Shown: positions 17,895 through 26,472 of the stretch, one piece after another
Layout of the letters: each line of letters starts with the position of its first letter
Position numbering within the stretch: the first letter of the stretch is position 1
DNA from: Candidatus Saccharibacteria bacterium UBA6824
Lineage (GTDB): Bacteria > Patescibacteriota > Saccharimonadia > Saccharimonadales > UBA10212
NCBI GenBank assembly: GCA_002452155.1
Contig: DKEK01000003.1
Coordinates: forward strand, 9,851 to 73,850
Direction of reading: 5' to 3'
Length of the DNA: 64,000 nucleotides
Position numbers and translations under genes: made by a program
Notes under the pieces: model-generated
Told to the model about the DNA's origin: nothing
Database searches by the model: none
What the model saw: the letters and a program-made list of their open reading frames with translations, nothing else

Positions 17895-18344
17895 AACCAG
17901 CTTCTTGGCTAAGTAATAGCCTATCCAGCCGGCAATAGCGCCTAAAATTAGGCCGCTGACTATATCGATTGGCCAGTGCACATGGGCAGCCACCCGGGCA
18001 ATGCCAGCAACTGCTGCCAGGGCAAAGACGTATTCGCCAAGACGCCGACGGTAGAAATAAATCACTGCTGCTAACGTAGTAGCCATTATGGTGTGGTCGG
18101 ATGGGAAGCTATTGTCGCCGCTATGCGTTACCAGCGGCATAATATTTTGGGCGACAAATGGCCGCTGGTGGAAATAAAGCGAGCCGGCTAATTTGCTCAA
18201 GATTATGGCTGTCATCCCCGCGATAATGACTGCCGCCGCGAATTGCCATCTGGCCCTGCCTTTCACCTGGAACCAGACGCCGAGTGTTAGCAGCCCAATG
18301 ATAAAGATTAGGTATTTAGCGCCAAAGATTATCAAGTTATCCAC
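17847..18344 (-). CDS. PAP2-family lipid phosphatase (undecaprenyl-diphosphatase/BcrC-like)
   Basis: PAP2 motifs SFPSDHT and ARVAAHVHWPIDIVSG within a 165-aa polytopic protein. Confidence 0.8.
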   Translation of the reverse strand: MDNLIIFGAKYLIFIIGLLTLGVWFQVKGRARWQFAAAVIIAGMTAIILSKLAGSLYFHQRPFVAQNIMPLVTHSGDNSFPSDHTIMATTLAAVIYFYRRRLGEYVFALAAVAGIARVAAHVHWPIDIVSGLILGAIAGWIGYYLAKKLVLVPGGQKTAVDQHNN

Positions 18345-18432
18345 TGAAGTAATTGTACAGGACTACCGCTATGGCCGTTACGCTTACCATGGGTTACAAT
18401 TAGGCTATAAATAAGGGAGATTTTTTAAGCTT

Positions 18433-18642
18433 ATGGAGCCACAAACAACTCAAGACCCGCCAACACAAACACCCCCGGCACCTGGACCAGCTGCACCGGC
18501 ACCTATGAATGGACCGGCCGGCCCAGGCGCAACACCTTCAGCTCCGGCCAGTCTAGCCAAAAAATCCAATAACAAAATGTTCCTTTGGGTCGGCCTAGCC
18601 ATCGCAGTTATTGTCATAGCTTGGTTCCTGATGAAGGGCTAG
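18433..18642 (+). CDS. small Pro/Ala-rich protein with C-terminal TM anchor
   Basis: TQDPPTQTPPAPGPAAPAPMNGPAGPGATPSAPAS followed by the TM MFLWVGLAIAVIVIAWFLM. RBS GGGAGA upstream. Confidence 0.4.
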   Translation: MEPQTTQDPPTQTPPAPGPAAPAPMNGPAGPGATPSAPASLAKKSNNKMFLWVGLAIAVIVIAWFLMKG

Positions 18643-18648
18643 ACAAAA

Positions 18649-18810
18649 ATGGAACCTGAAAGAGACAAACCGGCCAAGGGATACGGCAAACGCCCGATGT
18701 GGCAATGGATAGTAATTTATGTAGTTGTAGCGGCTATTGTCTACGCCCTAATCTACTTCATTTTCATTCACAAATCCGGCAGCGGCACCTCTGGCGGCGG
18801 ACTTTACTAA
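18649..18810 (+). CDS. small single-TM protein (53 aa)
   Basis: My translation is MEPERDKPAKGYGKRPMWQWIVIYVVVAAIVYALIYFIFIHKSGSGTSGGGLY*. It starts 6 nt after the previous stop and is below the ORF-track cutoff. Confidence 0.35.
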   Translation: MEPERDKPAKGYGKRPMWQWIVIYVVVAAIVYALIYFIFIHKSGSGTSGGGLY

Positions 18811-19295
18811 GCAGCGTATTCATTAACGCCTGAGCGTTTTTTTAGTTCGCTTAATCTGGCGATGAAGGAGCTGGCGGCGCCATGAGCGCCTAAAACTTTG
18901 AGAGCACCAATTAAAACATAGAGCTGATCCAGCTCTTTTTCAATGATTGCCGGCGCGTTTTCGACTTCTTTAAAAAACAGCTCGATTTTATCGACCAGCC
19001 ATTTTTCTTCACTGGTTTTTAGCTGTTTGGGCATGATTTTAGTTTCTGCGGCGATGGTTGGTTTGACGACCTCCAGCGAGCGGGCCGAGCGGTCGCGTTT
19101 TTGCAAATGGCCGCGCTTAATCAAGTTATTGACGTGCAGAGCTACCGTCGCCACCGAGCTGTAGCGCAATCCCTGCATAATTTCGCGGTAGCTGGGGCTG
19201 TAGCCGTGAGCGGCGATAAATTGCTCGATAAAACTCAGCAGTTCTTTTTGTTTCTTAGTCGGCCGGACAGCAACGTCTGTTTTTTGTTCTTCCAT
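18807..19295 (-). CDS. LexA-type winged-helix DNA-binding protein lacking the S24 peptidase domain
   Basis: The N-terminus QKELLSFIEQFIAAHGYSPSYREIMQGLRYSSVATVALHVNNLIKRGHLQKRDRSARSLEV matches the LexA DNA-binding domain. The C-terminal ~85 aa are helical and contain no Ser/Lys dyad or Ala-Gly cleavage context. Confidence 0.7.
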   Translation of the reverse strand: MEEQKTDVAVRPTKKQKELLSFIEQFIAAHGYSPSYREIMQGLRYSSVATVALHVNNLIKRGHLQKRDRSARSLEVVKPTIAAETKIMPKQLKTSEEKWLVDKIELFFKEVENAPAIIEKELDQLYVLIGALKVLGAHGAASSFIARLSELKKRSGVNEYAA

Positions 19296-19330
19296 ACTTA
19301 TATTTTACTCCCTAAAGAGTAGCCAGACAC

Positions 19331-19346
19331 CTGCATTTGGATGCAG
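19331..19346. promoter_or_regulatory. candidate operator: CTG-N10-CAG palindrome (CTGCATTTGGATGCAG) 36-51 nt upstream of the lexA-like start
   Basis: Perfect 6-4-6 inverted repeat read directly. It has the same CTG-N10-CAG outline as the E. coli-type SOS box CTGT-N8-ACAG. Confidence 0.4.
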
Positions 19347-19434
19347 TGCAAGACGGCGGCGAGGAGTACCCGGAGACGTATTTCAATACGGTGAGGATAC
19401 ACCGCAGCCAAGCCAACGCAGCAATGCACCAAAA

Positions 19435-19477
19435 GCGTCATCCCCGGGCCCGGCTTCGCCGGGATCCGGGATGACGC
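19435..19477. repeat. GC-rich nested palindrome (REP-like) forming the 3' end of the gtrA-like ORF
   Basis: The sequence is GCGTCATCCCCGGGCCCGGCTTCGCCGGGATCCGGGATGACGC. The outer 10-bp arms are perfect, with an inner CCCGGC-TTCG-CCGGG hairpin. Confidence 0.6.
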
Positions 19478-19896
19478 GGTGCAGGTAGTCTGACGGGAAA
19501 GACCCACCAGCGATACCACACATAGTTCCAAATAGTGAAGAAGCCGGCCGATATAAATTGGCCTACGTACGGAGAGATACCGATTTGCCGCAAACCGTAA
19601 ACAATAAAGTAATCCATCACAAAATCAACAATTGTAATTACTGCGTAACGACCACTAACCTGGCCCAAATGGCCTTTAAGCTTGGGGTTGCGGAACACCC
19701 AGTATCGCTGCAGGGTGAAGTTTACCGTCCAGCCGACTAAATTTGCGCCGAGCTTGGCCCACCACAAACTCCAGCCCAATACCGACCACAGCAGGGCGAA
19801 AACGCCGTAGCCAGTCCAAAAATAAGCCCCGCCGCTAACCAAATATTCAACTGCCTGGATTGTTAATTTAGGCTGCCGCCTGTTTAGTTTTTTCAT
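19438..19896 (-). CDS. GtrA-family membrane protein (lipid-linked sugar translocation)
   Basis: Four TM segments with the typical FLVSGGAYFWTGYGVFALLW...LQRYWVF...NYVWYRWWVF blocks. The last ~20 codons (PVRLPAPRHPGSRRSRARG) come from the palindromic element. Confidence 0.7.
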   Translation of the reverse strand: MKKLNRRQPKLTIQAVEYLVSGGAYFWTGYGVFALLWSVLGWSLWWAKLGANLVGWTVNFTLQRYWVFRNPKLKGHLGQVSGRYAVITIVDFVMDYFIVYGLRQIGISPYVGQFISAGFFTIWNYVWYRWWVFPVRLPAPRHPGSRRSRARG

Positions 19897-21203
19897 CTTG
19901 CCCCGCGTTTACCTGTAAGTATAGGGGTTAGGGCGATACCGGCCAAGCCCCACCATAGATAGGAAAGAGTATCGTCGGTCCAGGCGTGTGACAACAGGTT
20001 TACAAAAGTGATGCCGACGAGGCTAGCCAGCAGGATTTTGGCCAGCTGGTCATTGCGGCGTATCCAAAGTTCCCTTGCGACCAGTAAATTGATGACAATA
20101 AATAATGTCATACCGACCACACCCACTTCTTGGCCGATTTGCAGGAAATAATTCTCGGCAATGCGCGGCGGCTGATTGTTCCGCAGCGAAGCCGGTCCGG
20201 CTGTCCCTGGCCCCCGCCCCAATGGCTGATGGATAATATCGCGGGCGCCATTTTTCATGGACTGCAGACGGTCAGCGTTAGAACTTCTGGGTGCCGTGGA
20301 GACATTACTCGTATGAAAAAGGGTATCTTGCACCGGCTGACTGTTGCGGAAAGCGTAGATCGTGCCGAGAGCCAAAACCACCGCCGCTACAACCACAACA
20401 ATAGTTATGCGGCCCGAAATTTTCTTGGCGATTCCCCACCAGACCAGCAGGCCCAGAGCTACCGCTACGCCGATTTCGGCGCTGCGCGAATAGCTGTAAA
20501 ACAAAACAATTAATGCCCCCAACAGAAAAAAACCAAAGAATTTGAGGTTCTTCCGAAAGTATGTGCCTAGCGCAACAATTATTAAAACTAAATAGGCCCC
20601 CAGCGGATTAGCTCCGCGCAAACTTGATTGGATACGCCGGTAATCTAAATTAGAATCGACTGTTTGATAGGCCGGGATAGTGCTTTTGCCGTAACCAAAG
20701 TGCCGCAAAAAGTCGTAGGGCAGCAAAAATTTCTGCACCAAACCAAATGCGACCACGATCGCTGCTGGTGCCATGAGTATTTTTTGCCAGTTACGTCCCA
20801 GGAAATCGCTTTTTGCGGCGATCACGGCACAAAGGATGAAGAATCCAATGAACCGCAGGTTAACAATGAATGCGTAGGCAAGGGCTGTTTTATTTACCTC
20901 ATGATGGGCATATGCCCAAGCGCCCAGAGTAATGTGCAGCAAGATATATAACCCAAAAAGCTGGGTTATCCATGAGGTAGCCAGCCGCTTTTTCAATTTT
21001 TTGTCTATCAAAACCAGCCAAAATACAAACGGCAGGGCGGCGGCCAGTAAAATCTCTTTCCAGATACGCCAAGCGTCGAGATGTCCAAAATTACTGCCGA
21101 CCCAATTAGTTAAAATGGCATGAAACGGTAGCAAAACCAATACGGCAGCGACTACGAAGGAGAGTCTTTCGGCTAGTTTACTAACAGTGGTAGAAGGCCT
21201 CAT
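19893..21203 (-). CDS. O-antigen ligase/polymerase-like (Wzy_C family) polytopic membrane protein
   Basis: 436 aa with about 11 TM segments and a periplasmic-loop block YSYSRSAEIGVAVALGLLVWW typical of the O-antigen ligase family. It overlaps gtrA by 4 nt. Confidence 0.65.
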   Translation of the reverse strand: MRPSTTVSKLAERLSFVVAAVLVLLPFHAILTNWVGSNFGHLDAWRIWKEILLAAALPFVFWLVLIDKKLKKRLATSWITQLFGLYILLHITLGAWAYAHHEVNKTALAYAFIVNLRFIGFFILCAVIAAKSDFLGRNWQKILMAPAAIVVAFGLVQKFLLPYDFLRHFGYGKSTIPAYQTVDSNLDYRRIQSSLRGANPLGAYLVLIIVALGTYFRKNLKFFGFFLLGALIVLFYSYSRSAEIGVAVALGLLVWWGIAKKISGRITIVVVVAAVVLALGTIYAFRNSQPVQDTLFHTSNVSTAPRSSNADRLQSMKNGARDIIHQPLGRGPGTAGPASLRNNQPPRIAENYFLQIGQEVGVVGMTLFIVINLLVARELWIRRNDQLAKILLASLVGITFVNLLSHAWTDDTLSYLWWGLAGIALTPILTGKRGAR

Positions 21204-21224
21204 AAGTGTTACAATCTAGTATAG

Positions 21225-22667
21225 ATGAAAAATAATGCCTCGCTAGTTTATAGTCTTATTCTGGTGGTGGGCGATTTTTTAGCGCTGGTGGTAGCTTTTA
21301 CCGGCGCTTATATTTTGCGCGGCCCCTTAAGTACAGTTCCAGTAGCCCATCCCATCCCGGCAGGGGCTTATTTAAGTATTTTTCTAATCCTGTTGCCTTT
21401 TTGGATTCTATTCTTTGGCCTGCTGGGGCTGTATAGCAGCTCCATCCAAGAGAAGCGCTTTAATGAACTGGGCCGCCTGCTAATCGGCTCGTTCGTCGGG
21501 CTACTGTTTGTCATAAGCTATGGCTACGCCGTCAACCGTACAATCTTCCCTGCCCGGTTGGTGCCACTATACGGCTTCATTTTAGCATTTGTATTTTTGG
21601 TAGGCTTTCGCAATCTGGCCCGCTCAGCCAGGGCCTATCTATATAAATACGATATTGGTATTACCAATATTTTAATTGTCGGTAACACTAAAGTGGCTAC
21701 CGAGCTTGTAAGCTCCCTCTCTAATAGCCGTGTTTCTGGATACCGCATTGTTGGCATCGTTGGCAGTAAAAGCCACACGCCCGGGCGTTTCCCGCACATC
21801 CCGGTTTTTGATTCATTCGCCGAAGCCGTAAAAAAAATTCATACAGGAGATATCCATAGCATTGTCCAAACAGAACTCTATGTGGCTCAAGTCGCCAACA
21901 ACGAAATTCTAGAATTCGCCCAAACGCATCATATTGCCTACCGCTTTTTGCCTGGTAACAGCGAACTGTTTGTGGGTAATATTGCCGTCGAGCTATTCCG
22001 CTCGCAAATCCCGGTCATAGCTGTACATCAAACGGCCCTAATCGGGTGGGGACGTATAATCAAACGTTTATTCGATTTGTTAGTGTCAATCGTCGCCTTC
22101 ACTATATTGTCGCCGCTACTGCTACTAATAAGCTTGCTGATCTTAATTTTTAATCCTGGCGCGGTTATCTTTAAGCAAAAGCGAATCACTCGCTTCGACA
22201 ATCGCTTTAATGCCTACAAGTTCCGTACCATGAAAAGAAAATACAGCAACCGGGACCCGGCAGTTGTTTTTAAGGAATTAGGACGCCAGGATTTGGTCAA
22301 AGCCTACCAAAATGCCCAAAAGTTGACTAACGATCCGCGTATTAGCTTATTCGGCAAGTTTTTACGGCGTTTTAGCCTGGACGAACTGCCCCAACTCATA
22401 AATGTAATTAAAGGCGATATAAGCTTGGTTGGGCCGCGGGCAGTTGTGCCGGCTGAACTTAAATATTATGAAAACAAAGGCCCGATGCTGCTTAGTGTTA
22501 AAACTGGCATTACCGGACTGGCCCAGGTCAGCGGCCGCAGTAACCTTGATTATTATGAACGGGCTAAGCTTGATCTTTATTACATCCAGAACTGGAGCTT
22601 CTGGTTGGATTTAATGATTCTGGTTAAAACCCTGCGGGTGATATTTAAACGCAGCGGGGTCCGTTAG
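21225..22667 (+). CDS. polyprenyl-phosphate hexose-1-phosphate transferase (WbaP/CpsE-type initiating enzyme)
   Basis: N-terminal TM bundle, central Rossmann-like linker, and a C-terminal bacterial sugar transferase domain with KRLFDLLVS...FKQKRITRF...YKFRTM...DELPQLINVIKGDISLVGPRA. Confidence 0.85.
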   Translation: MKNNASLVYSLILVVGDFLALVVAFTGAYILRGPLSTVPVAHPIPAGAYLSIFLILLPFWILFFGLLGLYSSSIQEKRFNELGRLLIGSFVGLLFVISYGYAVNRTIFPARLVPLYGFILAFVFLVGFRNLARSARAYLYKYDIGITNILIVGNTKVATELVSSLSNSRVSGYRIVGIVGSKSHTPGRFPHIPVFDSFAEAVKKIHTGDIHSIVQTELYVAQVANNEILEFAQTHHIAYRFLPGNSELFVGNIAVELFRSQIPVIAVHQTALIGWGRIIKRLFDLLVSIVAFTILSPLLLLISLLILIFNPGAVIFKQKRITRFDNRFNAYKFRTMKRKYSNRDPAVVFKELGRQDLVKAYQNAQKLTNDPRISLFGKFLRRFSLDELPQLINVIKGDISLVGPRAVVPAELKYYENKGPMLLSVKTGITGLAQVSGRSNLDYYERAKLDLYYIQNWSFWLDLMILVKTLRVIFKRSGVR

Positions 22668-23782
22668 TGAAGGTTGCGATTGTCTGTGACTGGTTGCTAG
22701 GCACAGGCGGCGCGGAACGGGTGGTGCTGGAACTTCACAAAATGTTCCCGGAGGCGCCGATTTATACATCGCAGTACAACCCAAGTCCTAGGATTTGGTT
22801 TGGCGACAAGTGGTTCGAAGATGCGGATGTCCGCACCACTTGGCTGCAAAAACTGCCCAAAAGCCTAAAGAAATTTTTGCCGGTGCTGCGCGCCTGGATC
22901 TTTAGACGCTTAAATTTAGATGATTATGATTTAGTAATTTCATCCAGCGGCGCCGAAGCCAAATTTGTCAGGACTAAAGGCATCCACATAACCTATTGCC
23001 ACGCACCGACGCACTATTATTGGAGCCGCTACGAGGAATATTTGAAGGAGCCCGGTTTTGGCGAACTTTTAGATCCACTTGCCCGGCTCGGACTAAAGCT
23101 ACTGGTTGGGCCGATGCGCCGGTGGGATAAAAAAGCAGCCCAAGCGGTTGATTACTTTATTGCCAATTCCAATTTCACGAAGGAACAGATCCAAAAATAT
23201 TACGGTCGGGAGGCTGAAGTTATACATCCACCAGTCGATACTGGCAGGTTCAAAAAGTCCGCCTCAGGCGAATCAAGTACTTTGCGTAGGGGATTTGTGA
23301 CGGCCGGAAGGCAAGTGCCTTATAAAAAGATTGATCTGGCTGTCGAAGCCGCCACACAATTAAACGTGCCCTTAATTGTCGTTGGCCGCGGCCCCGACCA
23401 CGCCAAGCTAAAGCGCCTGGCCGGTCGCAGTGTAACTTTCTTGACTAACCTTTCTGATAAAGAATACCCTGAGCGATTTGCTCAGGCAGAAGCTTTTCTT
23501 TTCCCGGGCCTTGATGACTTTGGAATTGTTGCCGTAGAAGCCATGGCTTCCGGCACGCCAGTTATTGCCTACGGTGCGGGTGGCGCGCTGGACTATATTA
23601 ATAAAACTACCGGCCTACTTTTCAAAGACCAAACAGCCGACAGTTTAGTAAAAGCCATGCAAGATTTTAGCAAACTTTCTTTCAATCACTCAAAGATTGC
23701 CGAACACGCCCAAAAATTTTCGGCGGCGAATTTTCGCTCTAACTTTCAACAATTCTTGAAGTCTGTCTTAGGGAAAGACTAG
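22667..23782 (+). CDS. GT4-family glycosyltransferase
   Basis: GT-B C-terminal block EAFLFPGLDDFGIVAVEAMASGTPVIAYGAGGALDYI (EX7E region). Confidence 0.75.
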   Translation: MKVAIVCDWLLGTGGAERVVLELHKMFPEAPIYTSQYNPSPRIWFGDKWFEDADVRTTWLQKLPKSLKKFLPVLRAWIFRRLNLDDYDLVISSSGAEAKFVRTKGIHITYCHAPTHYYWSRYEEYLKEPGFGELLDPLARLGLKLLVGPMRRWDKKAAQAVDYFIANSNFTKEQIQKYYGREAEVIHPPVDTGRFKKSASGESSTLRRGFVTAGRQVPYKKIDLAVEAATQLNVPLIVVGRGPDHAKLKRLAGRSVTFLTNLSDKEYPERFAQAEAFLFPGLDDFGIVAVEAMASGTPVIAYGAGGALDYINKTTGLLFKDQTADSLVKAMQDFSKLSFNHSKIAEHAQKFSAANFRSNFQQFLKSVLGKD

Positions 23783-24263
23783 CCAGGGCTGACCCCTCAC
23801 CTCTTCTTAAGGCTTCCCGTTTTAAAAATGCTCTTGGAAAAAACAGTCTCTTCATAGCTTCCAGCGGCAGACCGTGGGCTACGGCTTCGTATTCCAAGAA
23901 TGCTGCTTCCAGCTTGTCCAAGCTTTCAATACCAAAGCCAGATTTGAGGTGGCTTCGCCTGAGGTATATTTTGGAGTTGGGAGCTAAAAAGCCGCTTCCT
24001 CTAGATTTTCGTTTGGGAAATTGCTGCCAGAGTATGCTTGGACTATAGAGGGCCTTCTGCCCAGGAATTCTGCGAGGCTTAAAAAACAAAAAATGTGCCG
24101 GGCCAGATTCCGTGGGTAAAAGTGGTGTGGTGCCCACGCCCGTCCCCATTTCTCGACCATCAATAACATAGTGTTTTAGGCTACTAGCAAGATGGTCAAA
24201 CTTTTGCAGCGGGGTTTTCCGGGCGGCTTCGAATGAGTCTATAGTTTCGGCTTTTGCTATCAT
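23739..24263 (-). CDS. basic orphan protein (174 aa), no family recognised
   Basis: It is the only long ORF filling the 23.78-24.32 kb gap. It is K/R rich and its 3' end overlaps the convergent GT gene by 44 nt. Confidence 0.35.
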   Translation of the reverse strand: MIAKAETIDSFEAARKTPLQKFDHLASSLKHYVIDGREMGTGVGTTPLLPTESGPAHFLFFKPRRIPGQKALYSPSILWQQFPKRKSRGSGFLAPNSKIYLRRSHLKSGFGIESLDKLEAAFLEYEAVAHGLPLEAMKRLFFPRAFLKREALRRGEGSALASLSLRQTSRIVES

Positions 24264-24322
24264 AATGTGGATAATCCATAACTTAGCAGAGCAACCGCTA
24301 TATTGAAACCATAAGCAAAAAG

Positions 24323-25108
24323 TTAACTAACGTTTAGGATAGCTTCAATAGCCAAGGCTGTCTCTTGCCAGTGCGAAATTTCCATGCAGTCAATGCCCAT
24401 GGCTTTGACCGGATAGTCGTTACCGCCTTTGACTAGTCTGTCGCCAATAAAAAATATCTCTTCTTTTGAAATACCTAAGAGTTTCATCAGTTTTTTCATA
24501 CCGTAGGCCTTGTCCACGCCGGGCTTGGTAATATCAATCGAGGTACCGCCGCCGATCCGAACTTCAAACTCCGGGATCTGCTGGGCGACATGATCACGCA
24601 GTTTGCGCTTTTTTTCGATAGTCGGGTCCCACTCCTCTTTTAGCCGCACGCCTTTGTCGCCTAGCTCAGCTACGATATTTTGGCCCAATGCCGAGAAAGT
24701 AATTTGGCTACCACGGTCTTCAATTATGTCACCCCAGGTCTTTTTTTCACGATAGTCTAAGTGATCGATACCTTGATTTAGGGCTTTGATAATTTTAGTC
24801 TTTTGAACTTCCGTAAAATCCTCGGCATAAACTTGGCTCCACTTTCCTTCTTTGAAACGATAATACCGGGTGCCGCAGGTTGGCATAATATGGAGTTTCT
24901 GCAATTTGGCCGTGTCTGCTTTAAGATAAGCCAGAAATTGCTGCTCGAACTGTTCGAACTTACCGCCCGACATCACACAAACCAGGTATTTATCAAGCAG
25001 TCGCATCATTAGTTCCGCCATCTCGTCGGTCAGCGGAGATTTACTGGCTGTTAAGGTACCGTCAAGATCAAAAGCAATGACTTTTCGTTTCACTTGCCAC
25101 TGGTCCAT
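24323..25108 (-). CDS. HAD-IIB hydrolase, phosphomannomutase-like
   Basis: HAD motif I FDLDGTLT, a cap-type insertion, and motif IV FFIGDRLVKGGNDY. The 261-aa size resembles eukaryote-type PMM/Cof phosphatases. Confidence 0.6.
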   Translation of the reverse strand: MDQWQVKRKVIAFDLDGTLTASKSPLTDEMAELMMRLLDKYLVCVMSGGKFEQFEQQFLAYLKADTAKLQKLHIMPTCGTRYYRFKEGKWSQVYAEDFTEVQKTKIIKALNQGIDHLDYREKKTWGDIIEDRGSQITFSALGQNIVAELGDKGVRLKEEWDPTIEKKRKLRDHVAQQIPEFEVRIGGGTSIDITKPGVDKAYGMKKLMKLLGISKEEIFFIGDRLVKGGNDYPVKAMGIDCMEISHWQETALAIEAILNVS

Positions 25109-25620
25109 TCATGCAAGAACTGGCTGCTAGACCACAGCTTATCTTCGCCAACACCGGATATAATTTCGATACCATATTTCTCACAGGTTTGCCATTCGGG
25201 GATCGTTTTTTCATCTACGCGGTCGCCGCCCTTGGTAAAGACATCTGGTTTTAAAGCTTCTAGGGCTTTACTGACTGTTTGGTCACCTTTTATCTCGAAA
25301 GGTATAACATAATCGACGTCCCTAATACCGCTGACTATTTGGCAGCGGGTTTTCAAATTTTGAAACGGTCGGCCTTTTTTAGCGGTTAAAAAAGCATCGC
25401 CGTTGACGATCACTGCTAACGTGTCGCCATATTTTTTACTTTCGATGATACAACTAATATGCCCGGGGTGGATCGGGTCAAAGCCGCCGCTGGTGGCCAC
25501 GATTTTGCCAAGCTTGGGCCGCAGTTTTGAAAACTCGGAAAATGAGACGATACTAGCACCCCAACTTTTAGTCATTGCAAAAATTATACCAAAGTCTTTA
25601 GCAGAAAATGGTTTTTGCAT
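25090..25620 (-). CDS. cytidylyl/adenylyl-transferase-family protein (RfaE-II/TagD-like)
   Basis: Nucleotidyltransferase HxGH motif in VATSGGFDPIHPGHISCI. Small (176 aa). Confidence 0.65.
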   Translation of the reverse strand: MQKPFSAKDFGIIFAMTKSWGASIVSFSEFSKLRPKLGKIVATSGGFDPIHPGHISCIIESKKYGDTLAVIVNGDAFLTAKKGRPFQNLKTRCQIVSGIRDVDYVIPFEIKGDQTVSKALEALKPDVFTKGGDRVDEKTIPEWQTCEKYGIEIISGVGEDKLWSSSQFLHEWTSGK

Positions 25621-25669
25621 AAAAGAAGTAAATGTGTTAGACTATTCACTAAAGTAAAGGAGTACCTGA

Positions 25670-26374
25670 GTGAAAGGTGTAATTTTAGCTGGTGGCAGTG
25701 GCTCTAGGATGCGCCCCGCAACCGAAGCTTATGCTAAGTCTGCCGCTTTGGTGTATGACAGGCCGATGATTCACTATCCCCTGACTACCCTGCGGGAGTG
25801 GGGCTGTGACACCGCTGTAATTGTTGGTAGTCCTAGTGGGACAGGCGATTTCGCAAAGATGCTTAAAAGTGGTGTTGACTACGGTCTTGATATTGAATAT
25901 AAAGTCCAAGATGAACCAGGGGGTGTTGCTCAAGCCTTAGCCAGAGTCGAAAATTCAGTGGACGGAGTATTCCCGCTGGTTTTAGGTGACGTCTATCATG
26001 ATCCTGCACCGCCTAAGCAAGACGAGGCCACCCTTTTTTGGGTAAGCCCGGAAAGATACCCGAACGTCGACCAGCACAGTACGTGGTATCCAGAAATTGG
26101 CATTTTTGAGAAGCCAAGACTAGTTAAGATTGGTAGAGGGGCTATTATTTCTTATTTTTATGACGAACGAGTTTTTGACTTCATTAAGAAAATGAAGCCA
26201 GCCCATGCTACTAACGAGTTAGAAATAGTAGATATTCATAACTTCTACCGTGGAGAAGGCGCCCAAATGGTGGAATATACTGGTTGGTTTGGCGACATGG
26301 GGACTCCCGAAGGTCTACTGAGAGTCGCTAACCACATAGGTGAAAGAGCAATCTTACAAGCCGCCAGCGAATAA
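25670..26374 (+). CDS. sugar-1-phosphate nucleotidylyltransferase (candidate mannose-1-P guanylyltransferase)
   Basis: GTG start. The N-terminal signature MKGVILAGGSGSRMRP and GGVAQAL are present. Substrate assignment comes from context only. Confidence 0.65.
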   Translation: MKGVILAGGSGSRMRPATEAYAKSAALVYDRPMIHYPLTTLREWGCDTAVIVGSPSGTGDFAKMLKSGVDYGLDIEYKVQDEPGGVAQALARVENSVDGVFPLVLGDVYHDPAPPKQDEATLFWVSPERYPNVDQHSTWYPEIGIFEKPRLVKIGRGAIISYFYDERVFDFIKKMKPAHATNELEIVDIHNFYRGEGAQMVEYTGWFGDMGTPEGLLRVANHIGERAILQAASE

Positions 26375-26375
26375 G

Positions 26376-26406
26376 TTAAATACTTAACCTGTTAAGTATT
26401 TTTGTC
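26376..26406 (+). terminator. rho-independent terminator
   Basis: TTAAATACTTAAC CT GTTAAGTATTT followed by TTG, starting 2 nt after the stop codon. Confidence 0.6.
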
Positions 26407-26472
26407 TCGCAAGCAGGCAGTTGAGCTTTTATAGCATATTTATTATGCTAATGCTATACTTTAAGGCCGTCC

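Noticed and set aside
19298-19531. 77-aa minus-strand ORF across the lexA-like/gtrA spacer.
   Set aside because: It is composed of the GC-rich palindrome and promoter region and overlaps the gtrA 3' end. No coding features.
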